64,000 nt of DNA from Isurus oxyrinchus (lineage: Eukaryota), in NCBI GenBank assembly GCA_026770705.1, contig JANJGN010000002.1, positions 54,250,001-54,314,000 of the forward strand, in the 5' to 3' direction. Below the pieces are notes generated by a model. It saw nothing but the letters and a program-made list of their open reading frames with translations. It ran no database searches and was not told the DNA's origin. Below are positions 25,611 through 39,199 of this stretch, one piece after another (position 1 is the first letter of the stretch; every line of letters starts with the position of its first letter). The translations under genes were made by a program, and so were the position numbers.

Positions 25611-27683
25611 CCCCAATATTCCAAAAATCCATCTACCTCCTCCTCAAATGCTTTCAGTGATCTAGCCTCCACAACTCTCTGGGACAGAGAATTCCAGACA
25701 TTCACTACCCTCTGAGAAGAAATTCCTTCGCATCTCAATTTTAAATGAGTGTCCCCTTATTCTGTAACTATGTCCCCTAGTTCGAGATTCCCCCACTAGT
25801 GGAAACATCTTCTCAACATCTACCCTGTCAAGCCCCCTCAGAATCTTGTACGTTTCAATAAGATCACTCCTCATTTTTTCTAAACTCTAATGAATAAAGG
25901 CCTAACCTGTTTAGCCGTTCTTGATAAGTCAACCCCTTCATCCCAGGAATCAGTCTAGTGAATCTCTTTTTAACTGCCTCCAAAGCCAATAAATCCTTTC
26001 TTAAATACAGGGACCAAAACTGTACACAGTACTCCAGGTGCAGCCTCACCAACACCCTGTACAGTTGTAACAAGACTTCCCTATTTTTAAACTCCAACCC
26101 CCTAGCAACACAGGCCAAAATTCCATTTGCCTTCTTAATTACTTGCTGCACCTGCATGCTAACTTTTTGTTTCACGCACAAGACCACCCGGATCCCCCTC
26201 TGCTGCACTTTCTGGAGTCTCGCTCCATTTAAATAATAGTCTGCCTTTTGATTCTTCCAACCAAAGTCACACTTTCCTACATTAAACTCCATCTGCCAAG
26301 TTTTTGCCCACTCACTCAACCTGTCTATATCCCCTTGCAGATTCCTTATGTCCTCATCACAACATGCCCTCCCACCTATTTTTGTATCATCAGTAAATTT
26401 AGATACATTACACTCTGCCCCCTCCTCCAAGTCATAGTAAATAATTGGAAGCCCTAGGACTGATCCCTGTGGCATTCCACTAGTTAACATCTTTGAAACC
26501 TCAAGAAGACCCATTAATCCCGACTCTGTCTTGTTTGTTAACCAATCCTCAATCCATGCTAATACATTACCCCCAATACCGTAAGCTCCTATCATGTGCA
26601 ATAACCCTTTGTGGCACCTTATCGAATGCCGTCTGGAAATCCAAATACACTACTTCTACTGGTTCACCTTTATCAACTCTGCTTGTTATATCCTCAAAGA
26701 ACTCTAGGAAATTTGTCAAACATAATTTCCCTTTGACAAAACCATGTTGACTCTGTTTGATTGCGTTAAGCTTTTCTAAATGTCCTATTTCTTCCTTAAT
26801 AATGGACTCTAGCCTATATAGTTTCCTACTTTTTGTCTCCCTCCCTTCTTGAACAGGGGGGTCCCATTAATGGTTTTCCAATCCTCTGGGACCCTCCCAG
26901 AATCCAGTGAGTTCTGGAATATTTCAACCAATGCCTCCACTATTTCTGCTGCCACTTCCTTTAAAATTCTTTGATGCAGGTCATGAGGTCCTGTTGACTT
27001 GTTGCCTTTAGTCCCATTAGTTTCGCAAATACGTTGTTCTTCGTAATAGAGACTGTTGCGAGATCTTTCCTACCATTAGCTCCTTGCTTATCTGACATCT
27101 TTGGAGTGTTTACTGTCTTCCACCATGAAGACCGATGCAAAATATTGGTTTAATTTATGTACCATTTCCCTGTTCCCCATTATCAATTTTCCAGTTGCAT
27201 CCTCCAAAGGTCCCACACTCACTTTAGCTACTCGCTTTTTATGTACCCATAGAAGCTCTTGCTATTTGTTTTCATATTTCTTGCCAATTTACTTTCATAA
27301 TCTCCCTTTTTATTAGCTTTTTAGTCATCCGTTGCTGGCAACTAAAAAATTCCCAATCCTCTTGCCTGCCACTAGTTTTTGCCACTTTGTATGCCCTAGT
27401 TTTTGATTGGATACTCTACCTGACCGCCTTTGTTAACCACAGGTGGCTCATCTTTCTCAATGAGTCCTTCTTTTTGACTGGGATAAATTTTTGCTGAGCA
27501 TTATGAAATATCTGCTTAAATGTCTGCCACTGCTCATCTACTGACGTTCCCCTTAGTCTATTTTCACAGCCCGCTTTAGACAACTCTTTCTTCATACCTC
27601 TATAATTGCCCTTATTTAAGTTGAAGACACTGGTTTGAGACCAGAATTGTTCCCCCCCGAACTGAATTTGAAATTCTACCATG
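25611..27683 (-). mobile_element. 5'-truncated CR1 LINE (RT region), pseudogenised
   Basis: ORF 25864..26601(-): SGMPQGSVLG, SKFTDDTKIGG, LYRVLVRLHLEYCVQFWS. ORF 27416(-): MVEFQIQF. Confidence 0.9.
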
Positions 27684-27760
27684 CCAAGCCCCAATGGGAC
27701 TTGAACCTAGAACATTCTGACTCAAAGGTGGGAGTGCTACTAACTGAGCCAGAGCTGACA
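27684..27760 (-). mobile_element. tRNA-derived SINE head, probably belonging to the DeuSINE at 25340-25610
   Basis: Reverse complement TGGCTCAGTTAG..GGTTCAAGTCCC gives A and B boxes. Confidence 0.7.
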
Positions 27761-27859
27761 CTTCAGTCAATAAGTGTGACCCCGAGCTTCACTTATTTTA
27801 ATTTTCCACCCCACTCCCAAACCTTTTATAATAAAATAAATGTCTTTTTTTTTTGAACA

Positions 27860-28200
27860 GTTGTTGGTGATGATTCTGCTTTTCCAGTTACACCTCCTCT
27901 AAACCCATTTGTTATTTCCTTACTTGTCCTGTTACTATTTCCTTTTGCCTTGTACCATTATCGCCTTCTATCATTTATCTCCTGCCTTCCAACCTGCAAA
28001 CAGACCCTTCCATTTGTTCTTCCTCCTCTTCCCCTGCATCTGTACTTGCTTAAAACCCATCATTTGATTTTTCCAGTTCTGATGAAATGACATCAACCTG
28101 AAATATTAAACCTGTTTCCCTTGCCACAGACGCTGCCTGGCCTGCTGAGCATTTCCAGCATTTTCTGCTTTTATTTCAGATATCCAGCATCACTGTATTT
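27860..28200 (+). mobile_element. Penelope-like pLTR fragment, family 1
   Basis: cagttctgatgaa..cctgaaa..cacagacgctgcctggcctgctgagcatttccagc. Confidence 0.7.
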
Positions 28201-28209
28201 TACTATTCT

Positions 28210-28312
28210 AATATCTCACGTGGTTCAGTGTCAAATTTTGTTGGTAATACTCCTGTGTAATGTCTCAGGATATTTATTATACTAAAGATGCTATATAAAT
28301 ACAATTTGTTGC
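28210..28312 (+). mobile_element. L2-type 3' tail
   Basis: ggttcagtgtcaaattttg..gatgctatataaatacaa is the reverse complement of the 61965 type. Confidence 0.55.
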
Positions 28313-28899
28313 TATATTCAAGTGAACAGAATCCCATTCAGCCCAATACTTGGATTTTCTTCAGTCATGCAAGTGAGGTAAGTACTTGTATTTCTGACGA
28401 AAGGTACTTGTATGAATATATGAATCATACATGAAAGTCTATTTAGCCCCAAAGGTAAACAAATCTATCCTGTTCAGTTAAAGACAATTTCTTTGCAAAA
28501 AAAACTAACCAGTCATTCAAATTAAACAGTCAGAACAAAACAGAATTGGAGACTTTAATACAATTCCAGTTCAAGTTATTCAGTATATTAAGTGACTTTC
28601 ATTAATTAGTTGGCTCCAATTACACCATAAAGCATCTAACATTTTAATCAACTCTTAAAAAAATACATTGGTTAAAAAGGCATTCTCAGAAAGGAAGTAA
28701 GCATACCACCCGAAAGTATCCTAATATTTCAACAGTATGTCCGTCACCGTGTTCAAATTGATAATACATTGTCTATGCTTCCTCACTCTTCAACACACCT
28801 CAACCAAGAAATGAAACATATGAGTAAGAAGACACCCCATCTAGTGATATAATTTTCAACTGAGCTACAATAATACTCTGGAAGACCAAAGAGCTGAAA

Positions 28900-31275
28900 G
28901 AGCATAGTCAAAGATTTTGAACTGAAGTCTCCTGAACTCTTGGAGCTACTGACATCCCATGGGATAGGCTGGGGCCAAAGGTGATCAGATTTCTTTATTT
29001 ATTAATGACTGGTAAGCCATCTCTATATCTCTCAGCAAAATTTGAGTTAATTAACAAGATTTATAAAAGGCAGATTGTGTTTGACTGAACTACTTTCTCG
29101 AAGAACCAACAAAGAAGGTTGATAAAGAGAATTGCAGTGGATGTTGCCTATTGTTACAAATGTGAGGTTTGTAAGATTATGATGTTTTGGAACTGTCTCT
29201 TTAGGGTAAAATGGAGGAATGAAGAGGGTCATGTGACCTGTTCTGAATTCTGACTGACAACAAGCCTGGGTGGCTTGGTTGTTAAAGGTTGAAGGGGCAT
29301 GCAGGTTGTCTTACTTGCACCTTCTTCCAAGATATTCACACCTGTAAACAATCACCAGAGCAGCTGCGGTGACCGTGAATCGATTGCTAGTCTTCAGGTT
29401 TCACAGGGAGGCATTAGCTATGTCAGGTTTTGTAAATGGTTATACTTGAAATTCTCTATTTAATTCCAAGCCAGAATGGAGTTGGGGGCCTAATCTGCAT
29501 TTCTACCTGGATACATGGCCCAAGTGGTTCACATTACCATGGGAATAATCTATAGGAAGCCATTGTAGTATTATCAGGTTACAGGGTCTTTCTTGAGATA
29601 TCACTGAACCTGGTAGAGTCAGGTCAATCCGCAAGAGTCTGAGAGAGACAGTACAGAGAGAGATAGGGACAACCAATTTCTATTGTTCACCATGCAGTAC
29701 GTGGGTGGGAGCTCGTGGTCAGATTGAAGAGACCAGGTTCTTGAGGATTTAAACAAGGCTGGAAGATTCACCGAGTTTTGGTTAGAGGGAGGAATCTCCG
29801 GGGTCATCCTCACTGTAAAAATCAGTTCGGGGATTAAAGGTTACCTATACAGAAAAGAAAAAAAAGGGACAAGCCCTAGAGAGCTTAGAGTCACTTTGGA
29901 TTGGTGCCTGGAGAATGAAGCGTCCACTTGAGAGAGTGCAAAGTACAACCTTATCATGGGATTTTCAGTCATTTTAAAAGTTAAATGGGGGAGGTTTTTT
30001 TCTGTGGTTTGAAGGGCAAATTATTTACAAAATTAGTGTTTAGTCAAAGTTGCTTTTAATTTGCTTATTACAGTAAAGTCTTGAAACCTTGTCGAATGAC
30101 CCTTCCAGTCACTGGAAATTTGAATATCTTTCTAAAAGTTATCGGTCTCTACAGGGATCGTAACACTATATGCATTTTAAGAAAGTGTTTGACAAAGTAC
30201 CAGACAAAACACTGATTAACAAAATTAAAGCTCATGAAGCAAGAGGGTCAGTTTTAGCTTGGATTTTTAAAAATTGCCTTAAGGATAGAAAACCAATTCA
30301 TGGTAAGTGGTTGTTTTTCAGACTGGAGGATGGTAGACAGTAGTGTTCCCCCAAGGATCAGTGCTAGGGCCTCTATTTTGATATTTGAATACAGAATAAC
30401 ATTTCAAAATTTGCTGTTGATACCAAACTTGGAGGTGTGGCAAACAGTGAAAATGATACCAACCAATTGCAACAAGACATAAATAAGCTCACTGAATGGG
30501 CAGACAAATGGCAGATTGAATTTAATATTGTGAGGGGATGTATTTTGGCAGAAGGGATAGGGAGAGGCATTATATTTGATGGCACAGCTCTAAAGAATGT
30601 GTGAGGACACAGGGACCTGGGGTTTCACGTGCATTGAGGCTGGCAGGACATATTGAGAATAGTTAGCAAAACATATGGGATCCTGGTCTTCATAACTAGA
30701 GGTATTGGGTACAAAAGCAGGGAAATTATGCTGAACCTTTATAAAGCTCTGACTCAGCCACAAATAATGTGCCCAGTTCTGTCATCACACCTTAGAAAGG
30801 AAGTGTGAAAATTCCCGAGAGGGTGCAGAGGGGATTTACCATAACGATTCCAGGGATGAGGAATTTTAGCTACAAGGTAAGGTTGGGGAGGCTGGGGTTG
30901 TTTCATTGCAGCAAAGAAGATTGAGAGGAAATCTGAAAAAGGCGCACAAGATTATGGCAGGTTTAGATAAGCTAGACAAGAAAAGCTGTACCCATTACCT
31001 GATTGCACCAGGACTAGGGGATGGGCAAGAAATATAGGGGTGTGAGGAAGAACTTTTTTTCTTTTACACAGCAAATAGTAATGACCTGGAGCTAGCTACC
31101 AACAAGGATGTTGGAAACTGAAATCAATGATTTCAAAAGGAAACTGCATAGGAACTTGAGGGAAATAAAATTGCAGGGCTATGAGAATATAATTGGGGAA
31201 TGGGACTGATTGGGTTGCTCTTGCTCTACATAGAGCCAGCATGGACTTGATGGACTGAATGGTCTTCTGTGTATA
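28900..31275 (+). mobile_element. CR1 LINE RT and 3' relic interrupted by a solo LTR
   Basis: VDVAY|MHFKKVFDKVP is rejoined across the LTR. SSVPPGSVLG, KFAVDTKLGG and a CR1 3' UTR ending ~31275. Confidence 0.85.
29152..30165. mobile_element. Solo LTR (1014 bp), Gypsy-like or ERV-like
   Basis: Starts TGTTAC (29152) and ends GTAACA (30165). A perfect 4-bp TSD, CTAT, lies at 29148-29151 and 30166-30169. Confidence 0.85.
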
Positions 31276-31285
31276 ATTACTCTTT

Positions 31286-31942
31286 GGGTTAGATTGTTAG
31301 CTCATCTCAGGGGTGGGTACAAAGGTGGGCAGGCATGGAATTTCACACCGCCAGCTGGCATAACAATTCTTGTCCCCCTCCTGCCCACAGACAACTTTCT
31401 GAGCAGTGGGTAGCCAATTGAGCTGCTTAAGGGCCTATTAAGATCTGCTGTCAGAGACCTTCTGGGATTTTCCAGTCAGCCTCCAAGTTCCCACAGGGAA
31501 CTGGGAACTGAGCGCTGCCTGGAGACATATGCTCCAGGCTTGCTGAGGCCCTCTCTGCCTGCCCAGGGTCTGCAGCAACCACAGGCTACTCTGTGGAGGG
31601 GGTCCCCCTGCCCGCAACAGTGGTGGCTCAACTGCAAAGGCCTTTTTATTTTAAATTTGAAAGAGATGTCAAGAGTCTGCTTCCTTTTTGGGGTGCCTTC
31701 TCCCTCAGCCCCCTGCCACAGCATCATGTTGCTGCTTTCAAGCTGGAGGGCTTCCTAATGGCCCTTCAGCTTTGGGTTCCCGCCCACCTACCATCCTTAA
31801 TTGGACAGCTAGCTCCCCCTCCAGCCATTAATTGGCAAATTCGGGGGAAATCACACATCAGTGACTGTTCCAACAGTGCAGGCTTCTGACCCCCGTTTGA
31901 GCCCGATGGCAAGGTCCTGAAGTAGACAGGAAAATCCTACCC
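31286..31942. mobile_element. GC-rich MITE with imperfect GGG-start TIRs (PIF/Harbinger-like)
   Basis: Left gggttagattgtt versus right ggaaaatcctaccc (reverse complement gggtaggattttcc). The TSD is not intact. Confidence 0.45.
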
Positions 31943-34059
31943 TCTGACTCTAAATGTTTGCTGCAATGTTATCAATGATTTTCTTCAGCAACAGGTATTT
32001 ATTTTTCAAAGCCAGGAAGGGAATCTCCACAAATGAATTAATAATTGCAAGGGATCACCCACATAGAAAATTTGAAAGCCACCGGGCCAAGATATATAGG
32101 ATATTTTTAATCCATTCTGTCAATGCCACTACTAAGTATTACAGCCGTTAATAACACCATGAGGTTTACTATCCAGGAAAGTGTGGCTGAAGCAGCTGCT
32201 TCAACTGATGTCAATTTTCTTTTCTTTTTCCAAGATTTTCAACTCGTTTTGCCCTTCTCAAGTAACTTTACTTGTAATACAAAAAGAAACCCCTCCTCCA
32301 ATTAAATCACTGCTCCTAAAATATGATGTTAAATATCAAAACCTTTCCATGTACTATTGAAATTTAACCTGGTGAAATTGGTAACAAGGAGAAATAATAA
32401 ATGGCAAGTTCCATTATTTTATAGCTCACTATTTTCAAAAGAAATTGACACATAATTCATATGTAAGATAACAGAGTCAAGTTTAACATCTTACGTGATT
32501 ATACGCTCAATAACGTTCAAGAATTGAGGTCAAGCATACAAGTAAAATTAGATATAATTTCTGTAAAAACAAACACATTCTAACACACATTTTCTTAAAA
32601 GATTGAAATGCACATTCATCTTCAGAGCACACGTTTTATTTTCCTTTATTTATACCCAATTGGAAAGTGACAAGATCAAGGGTTACCTCTGCAAAGACAA
32701 CATGATGAAACAAGGCAGCTTTAAAAACAAGCAGCAACAAAAAAAATTGCATCCGAGCAATGAAGCTTTGCTGTTCTGTCAGCGTATGATGCAGATGCCA
32801 CTTCACATTAATGTTCCACTGTTACTTACAAAGCATACAGCATTTTCCAGAAATGAATCAGTTGACTGCAGATCCCTAATCTGAAACTATAGTTTACACT
32901 TTACAATCCAAAGTGCTTTGGATAAATGCAATGATTAATCACCCCAAAGTCTAATTGTCATCATCAAGCTGTACCTTCATATCCTTCTCCACTGGTCTTC
33001 AAAATGGAGACCAGCAGCAAGCGATTAAATACTTCATGTACCAATACATCAAGCTGGGATTAAATATCCTATATAACAATGAACCTGTTTGCTGATATTA
33101 AACACCTGATGGGTCACAGTTTTTGTGCTGAAAATAAACTTTGATTGCTAAAGTTTCTATGAGCTGGGATTAAAAACTGTGGCAAAATGCCATGGGGCAG
33201 ACTATGACATCAAAATCACTATGGTTACTGTAACATAGCAACAACACATCAGTTAGGAACCAGCTACTGCTTGAGAGCAAAAATATTAATCAGATAGGCA
33301 ACAGTGCGGGTCAGCTGAGATTAAATATCCGCAATACCACAAGATCTGTCTGTCCAATCTTGTGCTGGTTTCCTAGCTTCCATCTACTGTCTCATTGGAT
33401 TCCCAGGCTGGGCTGGGCTTCACATTTCCTCTGGTTGCCAATTTGGATCCTACAGTGTTTACTTGGATTGATCTACCCTTCTTCTAATCACTCCTGGTCA
33501 TAGCTCCATTCCTACACTGTTTACCTGTGCTTCAAGGATCAGCAAGTTTCTCTGTTGGACCTACACCTGATATCGCAGTTTTTCTAGATTACTCTCTGCA
33601 CCACCATTGGTCCCCAAATGAAATTTCACTCCTCAAACATTTCTCTGGGTCAATTCCTGCTCCACCATTGACCCATCATCCCTTCCTTAAACACTTCTAG
33701 ATTAGCCTTAAGAGCACCATCAGCTTCACCATCAACCTTCCCAAGTCCACTCCTTAGTTAACTGCCAGATGGATCACCATCACCACCTTCATCCCTCCCC
33801 ACTTGTCTCTGAACCAGAATCGAGCTCAGGTGTCTCCTGGTTTTGCTCAAGATTGGTCCCGATATTGCATGAGTTACCTCCTCTTATCAGCACCACCCCA
33901 ACACACCTTTTCTTGTCATGCCTACGTCTGTGTAATTTAAGGTTTCCATCTTGGCCTATTCACTGTTATTTTATTGAACAGCAATTTTAATGCCATACTC
34001 CAGCTATCACCCAGCTATGTTCCTCCTAGACAGGTTTTGCTATTGCAGAATGTGGGAGC

Positions 34060-37000
34060 ATAGAGTGTGACAAGGCCTGAGTGCAAAGAAGTACAAGTCC
34101 TAACTTGAGAAATTTGGGGCAGAGGAGGATAGAAGTGCTGCTTTTTATATATATTTTTTTCAACCTCTAGAAGATGATGTTCAAAGCTTTAATTAGGTGA
34201 ACAGATAGGTGATTGCCTGTTAAATTATTAACATTTTATCACTCTAAACCTAGGCAGTAGCTTAAACTGGGGAGATAAATGTATTCATTAACTTTATAGC
34301 TTAACTAGTTAAACTACTTGTTAGAACTACAGACAACAGTTGAACAATATTGCAAGACTTGAAACCTAATTAGTCAAATAAAACACAACAAAGGTAGCAG
34401 GTCAGGTGATGCATTGCAGCAGTTACAAGTGGGACCTTGTGGAATCAGTTTGATCCACAGCAACCACCGCTGCAATAAGTGTCTGCAGCTCAAGGAACTT
34501 CACCTCCAAAGTCTGATGAGCTAGAGTTTGAGCTGCAAACACAGCTATGCATCAGGGAAGGGGAAAATTATCTGGACAATTTGTTCCAGGACACAGTCAC
34601 ATAGGCTAGGCACTTCAAATTTGGTCCATGATCAGGAACAAGAGAATGTGACTATGAGTGAGACAGGTATGGGGATCCAGAAGGTAGCAGTGGAGGAGCC
34701 TCACCCTTGCAATTGTCCAACAGGTCCTGGTTTTTGCAACTTGTAAACAGGTAGGAATATGAAGGACATTCTGCTAAGGGAATATGAGCAGCTAAGGATT
34801 AAATTAAAAATCAGAACCACAAAGATAATGATCTTTGAATTACTACTGAGCCATCAGCAAATTAGCATAGGCTAAATAAAATTAGGGAGTTGAATGCATG
34901 GCTCAAACAGTGATGTGAGAGAAATGGGTTTCAATCCATGGAGCAAGGCCAACAGTACTGGGGAAAGAGGGAGCTGTATCATTAAGATGGCCCTCACCAG
35001 AACCATGCTGGGACAAGCATCCTGACGAATTGTATAACTAGGTTGTAGAGAGGGCTTTAAATTAAATAGTGAGGGAGGAGGGAGGGTTCACATGAAGGGA
35101 GATTTGAAAAATTAAAAGGGAAAGGACAAGGCAATAGTGGAGGGTAGCAATGGGGGTAACAATAACCAGAATTGACAGGAAGAGTACAAACATAAGATTG
35201 CACCAACAAATTAGGTCAGAGTAAGGATAAATGATAAAAAGACAGAAATAAAGCTCTTCATCTGAATGCACACAGCATTCATAACAAGATGGATGCATTG
35301 ATAGCACAAAGAAATAAATGAGTATATGATAGCCATTAGAGACATGGTTGCTTGAAACTGAATATTCAAGGGTATTTGACTTTTCAGGACAAGAAGAAAG
35401 GAAATGAAAGTGGGGTAGCTCTGCTGATAAAATATATAAGATCAGTACAGCAATGAGAAATTATCTTGACTCAGAGGATCAAAGTATAGAATCCATTTGG
35501 GTAGAGATAAGAAATAGCAAAAGAAAGTAGTCACTGGCGAGAATGGTTTATAGCTCGCTTGACAGTAGCTACACTGTAGGGGAGTATAAATCAAGAAATA
35601 ATGGGGGCCTATAAAGGAACTGCAACAATCATGGAAGGTTTTAATCTTCATATGGATTGCACAAATCAAGCTGGCAAAAGTAGTCCAGAGGACGAGTTCA
35701 TGGAATGTATTGAGATAGTTTCTTAAAACACGTTCTGGAACCAACTAGGAAATAAGCTATTTTAGATTCAGTAACATGTAGACAGGATTAGTTAATGGCT
35801 TCAGAGTAAAGGATCCATAAGAGTGATCATAACATGACAATTTCATTTTCAGTTTGAGGGTGAGAAATTTAAATAAAGGCAATTGCAAGGGTTTGAAGAC
35901 CGAGTTGGCTAAAGTAGAATGGAAAAACAGGTCAGAAGGTAAGATGTTAGCGAACCTTAACCCTAATGCAGACATTTAAGGAGATATTTCCTATCTCTAA
36001 ACAAGGATATATCTCATCAAGAAAGAAAGACTCTATGAGAAAGTTGTACCATCTGTGGCTAAGAATGGCATCAAAATTAAAACAAGAGGGGTACAATGCT
36101 GCAAAGATTAGTGGTAGTGCAGAAGACTGGGAAAATTTTAGAAGCCAGCAAAGGATGACTAAAAAAGGGAGATTTGGAGTACAGGAGAAAACTAGCAAGA
36201 GATATAAAAACAGACAGTAAAAGCTTCTGCAAGTATATGAAAAGAGTAGCTCAACTAAGTGGCAGTCCCTACTATGAGGGTTAGACCAGGGAATTATTAA
36301 TGGGAAACATGGAAATAGCAGAGACTCTGAACAAGTATTTTGTATCTGTCTTCACAGTGGAAGACACAAGGAGCATCCCAAGAATAGTAGGAAATCAAGA
36401 GGCAAAAGGGAGGGAGGAACTTAAAATAATCACAATCACCAGAGGAAAAAGTACTAGGAAAACTAATAAGGCTTCAGTCCCATGGACCTGATGGTCTGCA
36501 TTTGAGGGTCTTATAGGAAACGGCTGCAGAGATAGTGGTTGCATTGGTTATAATCTTCTTAAATTCCCTGGATTCTGGAAAGGTCCCAAGGGATTGAAAA
36601 CCACAAATGTATCAGTATTCAAGAAAGGAGAGAGACAAAAAGCAGGAAAATATAGGCCAGTTAGTCCAACATCTGTCATTGGGAAAATGCTGGAATGCAT
36701 TATTAAGGAGGTGGTAGCACCACATTTAGAAAATTATAATCAGGCAGAGTTAACATGGTTTTGTGAACGGGAAATTGTGTTTGACAAATTTATTAGAATT
36801 TGATCTGTAACAAGCAGGGTGGGATAAGGGATGGAATGTTTTTGGATTTCCGAAAGGCATTTGATAATATGCCACATAAATGTTTACTGTGCAAGATAAG
36901 AGCTTGTTAGGGGTGATATATTAGCATGGATGCTGGATTGGTTAACTAACAAGAAACACGGAGTCAGGATAAATGGGTCATTTACTAGGTACTGTCTGTC

Positions 37001-37962
37001 AACCTGAAAATGCTGCAGGGATCAGTACTGGGGCCTCAGCTACGTACCATCTATATTAATGACTTGGATGAAGAGACAGACTCTAGTGCAGCCAAATTTA
37101 CTGATGAAGCAAAGATAAGTAAGAAAGCAAGTTGTGAGGAGGATACAAAGGGATATAGACAGGTTCAATGAGTGGGCAAACATTGGCAGATGGGAGTATA
37201 ATTTGGGAAAATGAGAGGTTGTCCACCTTGGCAGGAAGAATAGAAAAGCAGAACATTATTTAAATAAAGAGAGACTGTACAGGGGGATTCTGGGTGTCGT
37301 TACACTTGTATCACAAAAAGTCAGCACACAGATACAGCAAGTAATTAGGAAGGCAAATTGAATGTTGGCCTTTATTGCAAGAGGATGGAATATAAAAATA
37401 TTGAAAGTCTTGCTAACAATGTACGGTGCACTGGTGAGACCACAGCTAGAGTACTGTGTACAGTTTTGGTCTCCTTAGGAAGGAATATACTTGCATTGGA
37501 AGCAGTTCAGAGAAAGTTCAATAGGCTGATTCCTAGGATTAAGCGGTTGTCTTGTGAGGAAAGGTTGAGCAGGTTACATCCATACTCACTGGAGTGGAGA
37601 AGAACGAAAGGTGATCTTATTAAAACGTCTAAGCTTCTGATGGGATTTGACAGGCAGGGTAGATGCTGAATGGGAGAATCTAGGACTAAAGGGCACAGTT
37701 TAAAGATGAAGGGTCTCCCACTTAAGACAGATGTGAGGAGGAATTTCTTCTCCCGGAGGATCCTTATACTTTGGAATTTTCTTCCACAGAGAAAATGGAG
37801 ACTGGGTCACTGAATATATTCAAGGCATATTTTTGATCGACAAGGGAGTTAAGGGTAATGGAGGACAGACAGTAAAGTGGAGTTAAGGTAACCAGGTTAG
37901 CTATAAACTTATTTAATGGCACAGCAGGCTCAATGGCCTACTCATATTTCTTATGATCTTAT
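34060..37962 (+). mobile_element. Near full-length decayed CR1 LINE
   Basis: ORF1 zinc-finger/coiled-coil relic ~34410-34530 and esterase C-terminus ~34900-35050. ORF2 APE from ~35250, RT motifs at 36600-37150 and CR1 3' end ggcctactcatatttcttatgatcttatg. Confidence 0.9.
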
Positions 37963-38249
37963 GACCCTTTTCCTGCACCATTATTCTACCCCACCCCCAA
38001 CCACTAAATGTTCCCAGCCGCAATTACTCAACTCATCATATCTCCTATCACCAAACAACACCGAGTCTCCTAAACTGCTAGTGCACATTCTGGCATTTTC
38101 TGTGGCAGCAGTCATTGACTCTACCAGAGCAGCTGTCTCAATTGTTCCAACCACTCCACTTTCAACAATTATCTCACCCAGCTAGCTTTGCAGATTTAAC
38201 CTCCCTAGTCTCCACCAATCCCACTTTACTTTTTCACTGACCCCTATGA

Positions 38250-39120
38250 CAACACTGGTGAACAACAAACATCACACTAAACCGTACCACACTACAGAAT
38301 GCTCACTCCCTCAGGAGCAGGTCCTTGTGGGTGTTGATGGAAAAGACAATTTCCGTTTGAAGCACCACACTCTATCCTTTACCTGCCTCTCATTCATAAC
38401 CCTCATCTGATGTAGCCTCCAAACTCTATGCCAACTTCCTCAGAAATGGCTACACAGCCACAATATCTATAAACTTTTCATATTCAGTGATTTCAATCTC
38501 CAAACACCTCACCCTCTCTCCTTTGACTTGTGCCCCAACAGCCTCACAATCCATCACCTGCAACCATCACTAATCTCCTTGCCTCTGCTCCATCCCATTC
38601 ACCTCTTCCACTGGCCCTCTCACAATCTTACTCTTTTCCACCAACACTCACAGGCATCCTTCAAACCACGTTTTCTCATAGTAGTCTCTTCACTCAAGAT
38701 TTTGATCACTGATGCAATGCAACTTGCAACCATTTCTCAACTAACTTCCCACCCATTTCCCCCTATATGGGCTCAGTCTTACTAACATCATGGGAACCCA
38801 TAAAACTTCCTCCTCAATTCACTATCAAGCTCCCCTTTTCTGGCTTCCACCTTCACAATATCCCAGCCTTCTGCTCCCTTGTTCCCAACCAATTCCCTAC
38901 CTGTGCCATTCCCTGGTGTAGTTCTCATAATCATTCCCTCAAGTCAGAAGGCCTCAATCTTGAATGTATTTGATGTATATCAAGTCATCATCCAACTGCC
39001 AGACTTTGCATGACCATAGAGCATTAGCGTAGTGCTCTTGAACTAAAATTTCAGCTCCTCTTCCCCACAACTAATTCCCATCTGCTCCTTTATCTTCACC
39101 ACCAAAAGTATGATGAGATC
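38250..39120 (+). mobile_element. Highly decayed L2-like ORF2 fragments
   Basis: agtgatttcaatctcca (GDFNL-like) within C-rich L2-type sequence. Confidence 0.35.
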
Positions 39121-39199
39121 ATGAATTTTGATAGCAAAAGAACACTTTCTTTGACAATGCAACTTCAGACTAAACATTACACCCTAATATTAAAAGCAA

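Noticed and set aside
25864-26601. 245-aa RT-like ORF as a functional or domesticated gene
   Set aside because: A fragment of a truncated CR1 with deletions and a mutated catalytic motif (FTDD).
27684-27760. tRNA gene
   Set aside because: A and B boxes are present but there is no convincing cloverleaf. The context is a SINE head; the same applies to 5140-5220.
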